DNA of 64,000 nucleotides from an uncultured bacterium (GTDB lineage Bacteria; Omnitrophota; Omnitrophia; Omnitrophales; Aquincolibacteriaceae): contig CAZSFZ010000003.1 of assembly GCA_964606385.1 (NCBI GenBank), positions 29,493 through 93,492 on the forward strand, in the 5' to 3' direction. A model generated the notes under the pieces. That model was given only the letters and a program-made list of their open reading frames with translations. It had not been told where the DNA came from and did not search any database. This document shows, piece after piece, positions 30,333 through 39,273 of the stretch. Made by a program: the position numbers and the translations under genes. Position 1 is the stretch's first letter. Each line of letters begins with the position of its first letter.

Positions 30333-31150
30333 TAGGATAATTCCTTCAGGGCTTTTTCGACTTGTTCCTGCGTCGGCGCAACTCCGTGGAAAGCGTTGTT
30401 CCCCTCCATGAAGGAGACGCCTTTGCCCTTCACTGTGTGCGACACGATCATGACCGGTTGATTGGTGACCTTCTTGGCTTTTTCTACCGCGTTCAAGATC
30501 TGCTTGAGATCATGCCCGTCGATCTCAAAGGTGTGCCAACGGAAGGCTTTCCATTTTTCGATCACCGGTTCCATGTCGCAGATATTTTTCGTCGAATCGT
30601 CCAGCTGGAATTTGTTGTAGTCGAGGAACGCGATCAGGTGATCGACCTTGTGGTGCGCCGCCATTGCGGCCGCTTCCCATGTCTGGCCTTCGTTCATCTC
30701 TCCGTCGCTTGTCACGACGTAGGTATAATATTTTTTCTTGTCCAGGCGCCGCGCAAGGGCCATCCCGATCCCCATCGAAAGACCTTGTCCGAGAGAACCC
30801 GTAGAAGCCTCCACGCCCGGCAACTTACGCCGGTCAGGATGTCCCTGAAGCGGACTGCCGAGTTTGCGGAAATCTGTGAGTGTCTTGGGATCAAAATATC
30901 CCGTTTCCGCCAGGGCGGCATAAAGCGCGGGGCAACCATGCCCTTTACTCAGAATGAGCCGGTCACGGTCCGGCCACTGCGGATCCTGGGGATTGTGGTC
31001 CATGAGGTTGAAATAGAGGGCGACCAGGATCTCGGTCGCGGAAAGAGAACCGCCGGGGTGGCCCGAAGCCGCGGCTCCGGTCATCTCGACGATGTGGCGG
31101 CGGACTAATTTCGCCTTCGCTTTAAGTTGTTCTACGGAAAGCTTTTCCAT
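30332..31150 (-). CDS. Transketolase, N-terminal section (TPP-binding). Split-gene form.
   Basis: GHPGGSLSATEIL and SKGHGCPALYA, which are the TPP-binding transketolase N-terminal motifs. The gene is 272 aa. Confidence 0.85.
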   Translation of the reverse strand: MEKLSVEQLKAKAKLVRRHIVEMTGAAASGHPGGSLSATEILVALYFNLMDHNPQDPQWPDRDRLILSKGHGCPALYAALAETGYFDPKTLTDFRKLGSPLQGHPDRRKLPGVEASTGSLGQGLSMGIGMALARRLDKKKYYTYVVTSDGEMNEGQTWEAAAMAAHHKVDHLIAFLDYNKFQLDDSTKNICDMEPVIEKWKAFRWHTFEIDGHDLKQILNAVEKAKKVTNQPVMIVSHTVKGKGVSFMEGNNAFHGVAPTQEQVEKALKELS

Positions 31151-31251
31151 TAAAAAATATGAATGCCTTGGCTGATTTGTATAGAGGAAAAAGACAGCGG
31201 AGTTTAACGGCTTTCGGGCGTATCGTCAATGATTAAAAACGCCCTTTTCTC

Positions 31252-32199
31252 TCAAATCCCCGGAGGCGGTGTCCGCCATCGCCGGTGGGCCCAAAGCCAG
31301 TCGCCGGGACGCTTCCGGATCTCTTCTTCGATCTTCGCGACATACTGCTGGGTGTTCGCTAAAAGATCCGCTTGAAGATTTCCGGTCCGGATCAAGGGGA
31401 ATTCCGGGCCATAGTGAACCGTCGAGCGCCCTTTTTCATTACGATAAAAAAAGGCGGGGAAAACCGGCGTTCCGTATTTCAGCGCCAGCATCGCGGGTAG
31501 CGTGCTCGTAGAAGCCTTCCTCCCGAAAAAATCCACCCACACCGCCCCGCGGCTCTCATGCTGGTCGATCAAGACCGCCACGATCTCTTTCCTTTTGAGA
31601 CACGCGATGGAATCTTTGACCGCTCCGGATTTCTCGATATTTTTGAGATTGGCCGCCTCACGCAGCCGGCGGAGGTGGGCGTAAACATAAGGATTTTTAA
31701 GCGGCCGGCCCACGGCGTTCGTGAAAAGTCCGAACGGCTTGATCGGGATCGAAAGCCACTCCCAGTTCCCGAAATGCGAGACGATCGCGATCGCCCCTTT
31801 TTCCTTTTTCATCCACTGCAAGAATGCTTCCATCTCGGGCTTTTCGATATAACGCTCGGGGGAAGCGCCCGCGGGGACATTCCGGACCAGCTCGAATGCC
31901 AATTTAATGATGCTGGCCATCGAAGCCTCCGCGATCTTGAGAAGCTCCGCGTCGGGCTTCTCCTTCCCGAAAGCCAGCCGCAGGTTTTCCATCATGACCC
32001 TGCGCCGGACACCGAGATACCGAACAGCTAGCATCCCCAGGCTGTCCGCGATTCTGTAGCTGATACGGAGAGGGATGAGGCGGAATAAGAACGAAAGGAA
32101 CCGGAAGGCGGCATATTCGAAAAAGAATAAAATTTTTTTGAATGGGGACATTATTCTATTTTTCGAGAGCGTTCTGAAATGTTTTAGACGTGTGCGCAT
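31252..32199 (-). CDS. LpxL/HtrB family lipid A biosynthesis acyltransferase-like protein, copy 2.
   Basis: VSHFGNWEW (H-x4-E motif) and the C-terminal PGDWLWAHRRWR. It is a paralog of the gene at 13126-14046. Confidence 0.7.
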   Translation of the reverse strand: MRTRLKHFRTLSKNRIMSPFKKILFFFEYAAFRFLSFLFRLIPLRISYRIADSLGMLAVRYLGVRRRVMMENLRLAFGKEKPDAELLKIAEASMASIIKLAFELVRNVPAGASPERYIEKPEMEAFLQWMKKEKGAIAIVSHFGNWEWLSIPIKPFGLFTNAVGRPLKNPYVYAHLRRLREAANLKNIEKSGAVKDSIACLKRKEIVAVLIDQHESRGAVWVDFFGRKASTSTLPAMLALKYGTPVFPAFFYRNEKGRSTVHYGPEFPLIRTGNLQADLLANTQQYVAKIEEEIRKRPGDWLWAHRRWRTPPPGI

Positions 32200-32338
32200 G
32201 GCGGGAATCGGCGCCTTTCGCTCATTTCATTCGCTACAGGTCGGCACTGACTCTCATTCAAAAATTCCAAAGGTAGTTAGTGCCGTCCCAACTACCCGTC
32301 AAATATTTATGGAGAGCTGGGACAGCCACCCACCCCTC

Positions 32339-32360
32339 AAATATGACGCACGTCATATTT
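32339..32360. promoter_or_regulatory. Palindrome AAATATGACG-ca-CGTCATATTT about 85-105 nt downstream of tRNA-Gly (10-bp arms).
   Basis: A perfect inverted repeat. It shares the TATGAC/GTCATA arms with a palindrome downstream of tRNA-Ser. The function is unknown. Confidence 0.4.
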
Positions 32361-32444
32361 GACTTCGGGGCTCCCTTCGATTCCCGAATTACAACCAATG
32401 AACCACGTCGGGTTCCGAAAAGCTATGAACCCTATGCGGTTCAT

Positions 32445-32515
32445 AGCGGGCAGCGGGAATCGAACCCGCATAGTCAGCTTGGAAGGCTGAGACTTTACCA
32501 TTAAGCTATGCCCGC
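32445..32515 (-). tRNA. tRNA-Gly (anticodon TCC).
   Basis: The sequence on the minus strand is GCGGGCATAGCTTAATGGTAAAGTCTCAGCCTTCCAAGCTGACTATGCGGGTTCGATTCCCGCTGCCCGCT. It folds into a cloverleaf with acceptor GCGGGCA/TGCCCGC, anticodon loop CTTCCAA, T-arm GCGGG-TTCGATT-CCCGC and discriminator T. No CCA is encoded. Immediately 3' is the hairpin ATGAACC-gcatag-GGTTCAT followed by AGCTTTT. Confidence 0.85.
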
Positions 32516-32605
32516 GTGAGACCTGCATCCTGAATGAGGGGTTATTCTAGCCAAGGAACAAAGGACGCGCCACTTTTTTTAAAAAGGCGGAAAAAGCGGC
32601 GGGAG

Positions 32606-33421
32606 CTAGGCGATTTTTGTTTTGCGGGATCCGGAACGTTGGCGGTAGATGAGACCCGTCACAAAGACCGTGAGGCGCCTCGGGATCAAACGTTCCGAAT
32701 ACATCATGAGCTTATTCCAAAAACCGTAGATCGCGGAAGGCTGCCTTGTCTTCAGGAATTTCCTCAAAGCGAAACGCGCGACATCCGCCGCGGACGCGCT
32801 GAAAAACATCCGCTGTTTATCGATCCCGGCGTTCTGGTGAAAACGCGTGAGCGTATTCCCCGGACAAAGGCAAAACACACGCACGTCCCGGCCCCGGCAC
32901 TCTTCGGACAAGGCCTCGGAAAAGTGAAGGACAAAGGCCTTGGTCGCCGCGTAAACGGCAAGGTTCGGAAGCGGCTGGAATCCGGCCGTGGAGGCCACGT
33001 TCAGAATGCCGCCGTTCCTTCTCTCGATCATCCCCGGAAGGAAAAGCCATGTTAAATGCGTCAGGGCGTGGACATTCAGGTCCAGCATCGCCCCCGTTTC
33101 CTTAAAATTCGATTCCGCGAAGGGACCGTAAGACGCAAACCCCGCGTTATTGACCAGCACATCGACCGTGAGACCGCTCTTCTGGACCCAGGCAAAAAGC
33201 TCCAGCCGTTCTTCAAAATGCTCGAGATCCTCGGGAAATACATGAACGTTCACGCCGAAGCGGACACGTAGATCCTCGGCTTCCTGGTCCAAACGTTGGG
33301 CATTCCTCGATACAAGGATCAGATGCGCGCCTTGCGCCGCCAGTTCGCGCGCCATGGCCTTACCAATCCCGGAGGAAGCCCCAGTCACGAGCACCGTGAG
33401 GTCTTTGAAGGAAGTGATCAT
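32606..33421 (-). CDS. SDR family oxidoreductase.
   Basis: TGASSGIG (the glycine-rich NAD(P) motif) and YAATKAF (catalytic YxxxK). Confidence 0.85.
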   Translation of the reverse strand: MITSFKDLTVLVTGASSGIGKAMARELAAQGAHLILVSRNAQRLDQEAEDLRVRFGVNVHVFPEDLEHFEERLELFAWVQKSGLTVDVLVNNAGFASYGPFAESNFKETGAMLDLNVHALTHLTWLFLPGMIERRNGGILNVASTAGFQPLPNLAVYAATKAFVLHFSEALSEECRGRDVRVFCLCPGNTLTRFHQNAGIDKQRMFFSASAADVARFALRKFLKTRQPSAIYGFWNKLMMYSERLIPRRLTVFVTGLIYRQRSGSRKTKIA

Positions 33422-34017
33422 ACAGCGTGACGGCCGGCCATCGCGCGGGCGAGCGTGGCCTGGTCTGTGTATTCGATGTGACTGCCGACGGGGATCCCGC
33501 GCGCGAGCCGCGTCACTTTGACCTTGGAGGGCGCCAGGACCTTGGCAAGATAAAGCGCGGTCGTATCGCCTTCGGTATTGGGATTTGTCGCGAGAATGAC
33601 CTCACGGATCTTCTTCTGCTTCACGCGCTCGATCAGGTCCTGGATGCAGATCTGGTCCGGCCCGATGCCGTCCAACGGTGACAGCGCGCCGAGCAGGACG
33701 TGGTAGACGCCCGGATACCCCCCCGTCTTTTCGATCGCCGCGACATCTTTGGGATCTTCGACCACGCAGATGATCCCCGGGTCCCGCCCGGGATCCGAGC
33801 AGATATGGCAGAGTTTCTGGTCCGAGAAGTTGTGGCAGACGCTGCAGAAAATCACGCTTTCGCGGAGTTGTTTCACAAGTTCCCCGAGCGTGAGGGCGTC
33901 CTCTTTTTTCGTTTTGAGAAGATGGAAAACGATGCGCTCGGCCGACCGCTTTCCGATGCCGGGGAGCTTGGAAAGGGCTTCGACCAGCCGCGTCATGAGT
34001 TCCGAGTAGGCTTTCAT
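33418..34017 (-). CDS. recR: Recombination protein RecR.
   Basis: LPGIGKRSAERI (HhH), the C4 zinc finger CSVCHNFSDQKLCHIC, and Toprim (VVEDPKDV...ATNPNTEGD). Confidence 0.95.
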   Translation of the reverse strand: MKAYSELMTRLVEALSKLPGIGKRSAERIVFHLLKTKKEDALTLGELVKQLRESVIFCSVCHNFSDQKLCHICSDPGRDPGIICVVEDPKDVAAIEKTGGYPGVYHVLLGALSPLDGIGPDQICIQDLIERVKQKKIREVILATNPNTEGDTTALYLAKVLAPSKVKVTRLARGIPVGSHIEYTDQATLARAMAGRHAV

Positions 34018-34037
34018 GGGGATATTTCCGTTCCGGA

Positions 34038-35699
34038 TCAGCCCTTGCGGATCACTTTGGCCCCATCAAAGATCTCGAGGGCCTTTGAAACAATGTCCGG
34101 CACGTCTTCATCTTTCGCGGAAGCGGCCGGGGCGTCCGCATCCTGGGTCGTGCCATCACGTTCGGTCACAACGCACTGAACGCGGACTTTCATGCCCAGG
34201 GCCTGCGTGAAGGCTTCTTCGATCACCTGCTTATTAAGATCTTTTTCGAGCGTTTCTTTGTGGAACCGGAACTCCGAAGGAAGGCCCAGCACGATCACCG
34301 ATCCTTCCACCTCCGCGGGTTCGGCTTCCGCGAGATAAAGGCTCAGGGACATACGCTTGGCTTTCACAAGTTCTAGGACCTGCGGCCACGCTTTTTCAAC
34401 ATCGTTCAGCGTCAGGCCTTCACCGGGGGGCGTATGACTTGCTGAATTTTTAAGAGAAGCGACTGGAGTCTCAGCCGGCCGCGAGGGTGTCCCGGACTTA
34501 GAGAGGACCGGATCCTGTTTTAATGTTTTTTTTTCCACAACCGGAACCGGGGAACCGCTTTTTTGACCCGAGGAGGCGCTCTGGATGAGACCGTCCACGG
34601 ACTTCAGGCCTTCCAGATAAACAAGTTTCAGAAGGGCGGCCTCCACAAGCAGTTTGGGCGACGCGATCGGCCGGCGCAGCTGGACCTGAAGGTTCTGCAG
34701 GATCGAAAGAGCCAGGAGCAGCTCGCCTTGCGAAAAATCAGCCGTGAGTTTTTTCAGCTTGGAGATCATCTCAGAGCTTGCCTCGATCAGCCCTTCGACC
34801 TTGGACGCTGTCTTGAGGACCAACAGATGGCGGAAAACCTCAAAAAGGCCTTTCGCGAATTGCGCGAGGTCGGCGCCTTCCTCATAAAGTTTTTTCACAA
34901 GCCCGAAGATCTCATCCCCCTTTTTTCCCCGGATCGCCACAAGCACCGAAACATACATGTCCTCCGGAGCAAGTCCGAGGAGCGTCAGGACATCCTCCTC
35001 CTTGATCTTTCCTTCCGAAAAACTGGCGAGCTGGTCCAGAAGGCTTTCGGCGTCACGCAGCGCGCCTTCCGTGGCCTTCGCGATCATGAAAAGCACGTTC
35101 TTTTCGCATTTCAGCTTTTCTTTTTGCGCGATCTTTTCGAGTTTCTCGACCGCTTCCGGCACCGAGATCCTTTTAAACTGAAGCCGTTGGCAGCGCGACA
35201 GGATCGTGAGCGGCACCTTGTGGGATTCGGTCGTGGCGAAAATAAATTTCACGTGGGCCGGCGGTTCTTCGAGGGTCTTGAGGAGCGCGTTAAAGGCGTC
35301 CCCCGTCAAGGAATGGACTTCGTCAATGATGTAGATCTTGTAACGGCCGGAGGAGGGTTTGAATTTCACGTTCTCGCGAAGCGTCCGGATCTCTTCGATG
35401 CCGCGGTTCGACGCGCCGTCCACCTCGAGCACGTCCATGGAATTCCCCTGTTCGATCTCTTTGCAGGAATGGCATTTGCCGCAGGGTTTTTCTGTCGGGC
35501 CTTCCTTGCAATTCAGGGCCTTCGCGAGGATGCGCGCGGTGGAGGTCTTTCCCACGCCCCGGGGACCGGAAAAGAGGAAGCTTTGCGGCACGCGTTCCTG
35601 GCGGATCGCGTTCTTCAGGGTCGTGGTGATGGTTTCCTGCCCGACGATCTCTTCAAAGGTTTGCGGCCTGAATTTCCTGGCGAAGATCAGATATTCCAT
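34038..35699 (-). CDS. dnaX: DNA polymerase III subunit gamma/tau.
   Basis: The AAA+ clamp-loader is present: FSGPRGVGKTSTARILAKALNC. The Zn module is CGKCHSCKEI and the DEAD-like box is IIDEVHSL. The gene is 553 aa and recR follows 21 bp downstream. Confidence 0.95.
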   Translation of the reverse strand: MEYLIFARKFRPQTFEEIVGQETITTTLKNAIRQERVPQSFLFSGPRGVGKTSTARILAKALNCKEGPTEKPCGKCHSCKEIEQGNSMDVLEVDGASNRGIEEIRTLRENVKFKPSSGRYKIYIIDEVHSLTGDAFNALLKTLEEPPAHVKFIFATTESHKVPLTILSRCQRLQFKRISVPEAVEKLEKIAQKEKLKCEKNVLFMIAKATEGALRDAESLLDQLASFSEGKIKEEDVLTLLGLAPEDMYVSVLVAIRGKKGDEIFGLVKKLYEEGADLAQFAKGLFEVFRHLLVLKTASKVEGLIEASSEMISKLKKLTADFSQGELLLALSILQNLQVQLRRPIASPKLLVEAALLKLVYLEGLKSVDGLIQSASSGQKSGSPVPVVEKKTLKQDPVLSKSGTPSRPAETPVASLKNSASHTPPGEGLTLNDVEKAWPQVLELVKAKRMSLSLYLAEAEPAEVEGSVIVLGLPSEFRFHKETLEKDLNKQVIEEAFTQALGMKVRVQCVVTERDGTTQDADAPAASAKDEDVPDIVSKALEIFDGAKVIRKG

Positions 35700-35801
35700 A
35701 ACAGCTTTCTGGGAGAAAATTTAATAGTTCTCAGGGGATCGCGAGGCACCATGATGCGGGAAAAACATCCGGTTTTCAAGCAGTACTTCCCATCGGAATC
35801 C

Positions 35802-36425
35802 CTAATCCGTAAAGTGCAAGGTTTCCAAAGTGTGTTCAAAAAAGGGAAGGAACGTCTTGTACTGCTCGCGGGTCCCCACAAAACTAATTTGATAGTAGAA
35901 ATTTTTCCGGATCAGGAAAAGCTCCCTATTTAAGATCACCGCCCGTTGTTTTTCAGGAGCATATAGGGGAAGCAGGGAAACATACTGGTACTCGATGTAA
36001 GGGACTGTCCCGGCGCTGATCTGCTGATTGCCCTTTTTTATGAGCTCGAATTCCAAGAATCTTTTCTTTCCACTTAAAACGTTTTCCGCTATTTGGGCCC
36101 CGGTTTGGTTGAAAGGTGCCGATTTTTTTACAATAAAGATCGATACGGAAAACTTTGTCTTTGTGTCCTGAGGCCCTAACACGCTCACCATGTCAAATTT
36201 TCCGGAAAATTGACTGGTCGACATCTTCCATGTGGTGGGATATTCGAAACTAAAATCAAAAGGAGGATTTTTTTCATGAAAAGCTTTCCAGGAAGAGGGC
36301 GTGAAAGGAATCGATGTCTTTTGCGGAGACACTGTCGGCCGGTAAAGCGATAGCCACAGAACCAGAACGGCCCCCAATAAAATCATTCCTATTAGCAAAA
36401 ATGTTTTTTTGTTTTTAAAAGACAT
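35802..36425 (-). CDS. Hypothetical membrane-anchored protein (single N-terminal TM; possibly a PsbP/DUF1795-like fold).
   Basis: MSFKNKKTFLLIGMILLGAVLVLWL is the anchor. It contains ...FSFEYPTTWKMS. It lies in a lower-GC stretch. No confident family assignment. Confidence 0.35.
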   Translation of the reverse strand: MSFKNKKTFLLIGMILLGAVLVLWLSLYRPTVSPQKTSIPFTPSSWKAFHEKNPPFDFSFEYPTTWKMSTSQFSGKFDMVSVLGPQDTKTKFSVSIFIVKKSAPFNQTGAQIAENVLSGKKRFLEFELIKKGNQQISAGTVPYIEYQYVSLLPLYAPEKQRAVILNRELFLIRKNFYYQISFVGTREQYKTFLPFFEHTLETLHFTD

Positions 36426-36436
36426 AGAAGCCCCGC

Positions 36437-37987
36437 TTAGTAATCAAAAAGTTTTCCGTAATCTCCACGGCTTTTCAAATATTTTATCATTTCGTCATCA
36501 AACGGCTGAACGCCTTGCAGGGCCCCTTGATCATCCAGGATCAAAAACTGGTCCAGGTCGCTATCAAAAGAATCGTAGTCTTGTTGAAGCTTCTCGTCCA
36601 GCGATGACCGGCTCACGCTACTCCTCAGATCATACCAAGCCTGGGCATCCGCCACAAAAGCGCTATATTCCTGAAAAAGAGAATTGCTGGACCGCGGGCC
36701 CGTCCAACCTTCCGGCGCGACCCACCCGGCAGGCGGCAACCCGTACGCGGGAAGCGGGGCGTTCGGATCCGCTTGAATTCTCTCTTGATAATCAAGCAGG
36801 TCTTTGTCCCAAATATTATGAAGTATTTCGTGAGCCAAAAGCGATGAGGTCATTCCTTCGGGAGCTTCGGAGAATCTCTCATCGACGACGATCACACTCT
36901 GCACAACGTCATTGTTCTCCGAAATGGCATGCGTGTAGTAAGCATAAGCGCCATTGTTGCCGGGAGTTCCTCCATATAAAATTTTTGTGGTCTCCCCATC
37001 AAGAAATGTAATCTCATCCTCGCCGCTGGTAATGGCCTGACCGGGAAACTGAAACGCATAAGCGTCGATCGCATCCAGGGCATTCTTGCTCGAGGTAACC
37101 ATCTTGTCAAAGTCCGCATTATTCCCGGCCTTGCCGCAGACCTCGGAAGAGTATTCTGACTGATATTGGACTCCCTGGTGCTCAACTATCGTTTTTGCCC
37201 GGAAACAATAGGTGCGTCCATTCCTTCCTTGCTCCAGATCCCCTGCAAAATCGGAGCAAATCGTTTCCGAAGTTCCTCCTATATATTCCCAGTCGGAAGT
37301 AACCCCTTTATACTCTTCCCTCATTTGCATGATATACCCCAAAGCATCCGCATAGGGTGTAAAACTGAAATCTAACCATCCTCCCGTGTTGGAAAAAACC
37401 TCTAGATCCTGAGGCGCAAGCACCGTGTAATAAGTGCCGCCCCCTATCGTGTATGAGAATGAGCCCCCGGAACCTCCGCCCGAACCTCCGCCTCCAGAGC
37501 CGCCGCCGGACCCGCCGCCTTCAGAGCCGCTGCCGGAACCTCCTCCGGAACCGGCTCCTCCAGAACCCGAACCATAATTTCCGCTTGATCCTGAATTAAA
37601 ATTCACAAAACCATCTTTATTGATACCGATAGTATCAAGCCATTCGCTTAAAGGGCCGACAGGCGTTGCCAGCGCCAAAAAATCTACCTCATCCGCGTTG
37701 ATAATGCTGTAATCGTAAAAACCTCCTCCCACGATAAGCCCCAAGACAGATTCGATCCCCGACTCGTCCTCGGCGCCAACGAACTTCCCAAGCAATTCAT
37801 ACATACGCAACTCAGCGAGGCGTATGGAACCGAGGTTATTAACCGCCTCCGCCTTCTTGGATTGTTCGATCTGGTGGACCACCCGGGTGATCGCAATGGT
37901 CGCAAGAACCGCGATAATGACGATCGAAATCAACATTTCAAGAAGGGTCACCCCTTGCTGCTTTTTACGCGTAAAAATGGTTTTCAA
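36437..37987 (-). CDS. Type IV pilin-like (prepilin N-terminal methylation site) protein fused through a Gly/Ser-rich linker to a large C-terminal domain carrying an HExxH zinc-metallopeptidase-like motif.
   Basis: The N-terminus MKTIFTRKKQQG|VTLLEMLISIVIIAVLATIAI is a class III signal peptide, with Gly at -1 and Glu at +5. A short pilin-like region follows, then GSGSGGAGSGGGSGSGSEGGGSGGGSGGGGSGGGSGG, then a ~330-aa domain with LLAHEILHNIWD. No pilus assembly genes are in the window. Confidence 0.6.
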   Translation of the reverse strand: MKTIFTRKKQQGVTLLEMLISIVIIAVLATIAITRVVHQIEQSKKAEAVNNLGSIRLAELRMYELLGKFVGAEDESGIESVLGLIVGGGFYDYSIINADEVDFLALATPVGPLSEWLDTIGINKDGFVNFNSGSSGNYGSGSGGAGSGGGSGSGSEGGGSGGGSGGGGSGGGSGGSFSYTIGGGTYYTVLAPQDLEVFSNTGGWLDFSFTPYADALGYIMQMREEYKGVTSDWEYIGGTSETICSDFAGDLEQGRNGRTYCFRAKTIVEHQGVQYQSEYSSEVCGKAGNNADFDKMVTSSKNALDAIDAYAFQFPGQAITSGEDEITFLDGETTKILYGGTPGNNGAYAYYTHAISENNDVVQSVIVVDERFSEAPEGMTSSLLAHEILHNIWDKDLLDYQERIQADPNAPLPAYGLPPAGWVAPEGWTGPRSSNSLFQEYSAFVADAQAWYDLRSSVSRSSLDEKLQQDYDSFDSDLDQFLILDDQGALQGVQPFDDEMIKYLKSRGDYGKLFDY

Positions 37988-39273
37988 CGGATTTCTTCCC
38001 CTCGGATGGCTTCTTCAAGAATCTTTTTATTCTGGGCAGCTTCACGCAAGCCAGGGTCGATCTCAAGCGCCCGATTCCACTCTTTAAGAGCTTTATCCGC
38101 ATCATTTAAAAAAGCATGCGCAAGCCCCTTGTTCGCGTGCCCCTTAGCATAAAACTCGTTAGATGCCAACACCCTCCCAAAAACATCAAGGGCCTTACGG
38201 GGCTCATTCATTTTGATATAAAGGAGACCTAAATTATTTCCGGCAACCCAATCACGCGGATCTTTCTCAAGAATCTCCTCATAAATCACGGATGCTTTGG
38301 CGAGTTCTCCTTGCCCGGCAAGAAGTTGCGCCCGGACATGTTTTACATTTTTATTGCCCGGGTCACTTCCGGAGATCCGGCCAAGATATTCTTCAGCCTC
38401 TCTGAAATTATTCTCTTTTAAAAGGACTTTTGCCATCCCGATCTGGGCATCGGCATTTTGGGGCTCTTTTTTTAGCACCATCCCGTAGTAGCGTTTGGAC
38501 TCATCATAGTCCCCCGTCAATCGGTAAAGTTCAGCCAAATTTAAGAAAGGCTTTGAAAAAACCACGGGGCCGGACGTCAAGGGAAGAAGAATTTTCTTCG
38601 CTTCCTCAAAACGTCTAAGCTGGATAAGCGCAGCGGCCTGATTATTTAGAAAAGGAGTTTCGTTGGCCCGCTTAAGGGAGCGGTAAAGATCGTATGCTTT
38701 TTGATATTGCCCCAAGGCGTAATAACCGTTCGCCACACCCGATATCGCCACTTCATCGTCGGGTCTCAACTTCAGATACTCCTGGAAAACCTCCACGGCC
38801 CGCGGAAAATTCTTGACGGTAAGGTACAGATTGGCCAGATTCAGAAGGATTTCAGGCTTTTGGGATTCCCCTTCCAAGGCTTTCAAAAAACTTTCCTCCG
38901 CCTTTTGAGCCTCGCCGGCAGAAGCATACGCGCTTCCCAGATTCGCGTAAATCACCGTATTGATAGAGTCAGAACCCAGAGATTGCTCGAAGCTTTCCGC
39001 GGCTTCCTTAAAACGGCCGCTCTTATACATCTCGACGCCTTTTGCAAAATAAACCGCTTTCCCGCGGACCTCCACCAGTTCTTCCTTGGAACCGCGCCAG
39101 ACCATTTTTATATCAGATTTTGGAATCTTAACTTTTCCTCCGGGCGCCTCAACAATCACAAATTGGTCGTCTTCCCTTAAGACCTTGGCTTCAATCGCAT
39201 TACCATTTTTGAGTTGAATGATATCCGCAAGGGCTAAGGGAGAAATCGTGGCAAAGCAGAACAAAAAAAGCAT
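37984..39273 (-). CDS. TPR repeat protein with an N-terminal signal peptide.
   Basis: MLFLFCFATISPLALA, then many TPR units through the C-terminus. The track's longer ORF (to 39585) reads through the tRNA genes and is rejected. The start codon abuts a tRNA-like 3' end. Confidence 0.6.
   Translation of the reverse strand: MLFLFCFATISPLALADIIQLKNGNAIEAKVLREDDQFVIVEAPGGKVKIPKSDIKMVWRGSKEELVEVRGKAVYFAKGVEMYKSGRFKEAAESFEQSLGSDSINTVIYANLGSAYASAGEAQKAEESFLKALEGESQKPEILLNLANLYLTVKNFPRAVEVFQEYLKLRPDDEVAISGVANGYYALGQYQKAYDLYRSLKRANETPFLNNQAAALIQLRRFEEAKKILLPLTSGPVVFSKPFLNLAELYRLTGDYDESKRYYGMVLKKEPQNADAQIGMAKVLLKENNFREAEEYLGRISGSDPGNKNVKHVRAQLLAGQGELAKASVIYEEILEKDPRDWVAGNNLGLLYIKMNEPRKALDVFGRVLASNEFYAKGHANKGLAHAFLNDADKALKEWNRALEIDPGLREAAQNKKILEEAIRGEEIR

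Noticed and set aside
32373-32390. An 11-mer TTCGATTCCCG identical to the tRNA-Gly T-loop/stem. It occurs in inverted orientation about 70 bp downstream of the tRNA.
   Set aside because: Integrase att duplications are direct repeats of the tRNA 3' end. This copy is inverted and short, it does not fold into a tRNA, and no integrase is nearby. It is probably coincidental or a degraded fragment.
35700-35801. A search for SRP RNA (ffs), which often lies upstream of dnaX, and for tmRNA or RNase P RNA near the tRNAs.
   Set aside because: The SRP domain IV motif (GGAAGCAGCC-like) and a suitable helix were not found in the 100-bp dnaX upstream region. The structured region at 39273-39443 is too short for tmRNA (about 350 nt) or RNase P.
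34563-35933. 456-aa plus-strand ORF.
   Set aside because: It is antisense to dnaX, whose AAA+ motifs are unambiguous.
37470-37560. Possible CRISPR array or repeat suggested by periodic ggaacc/ggagcc/gccgcc runs.
   Set aside because: This is codon-level periodicity from the Gly/Ser linker (GSGGGSGG...) of the pilin-like protein. It lacks the 24-48-bp repeat plus unique spacer structure of a CRISPR array. No cas genes are present.
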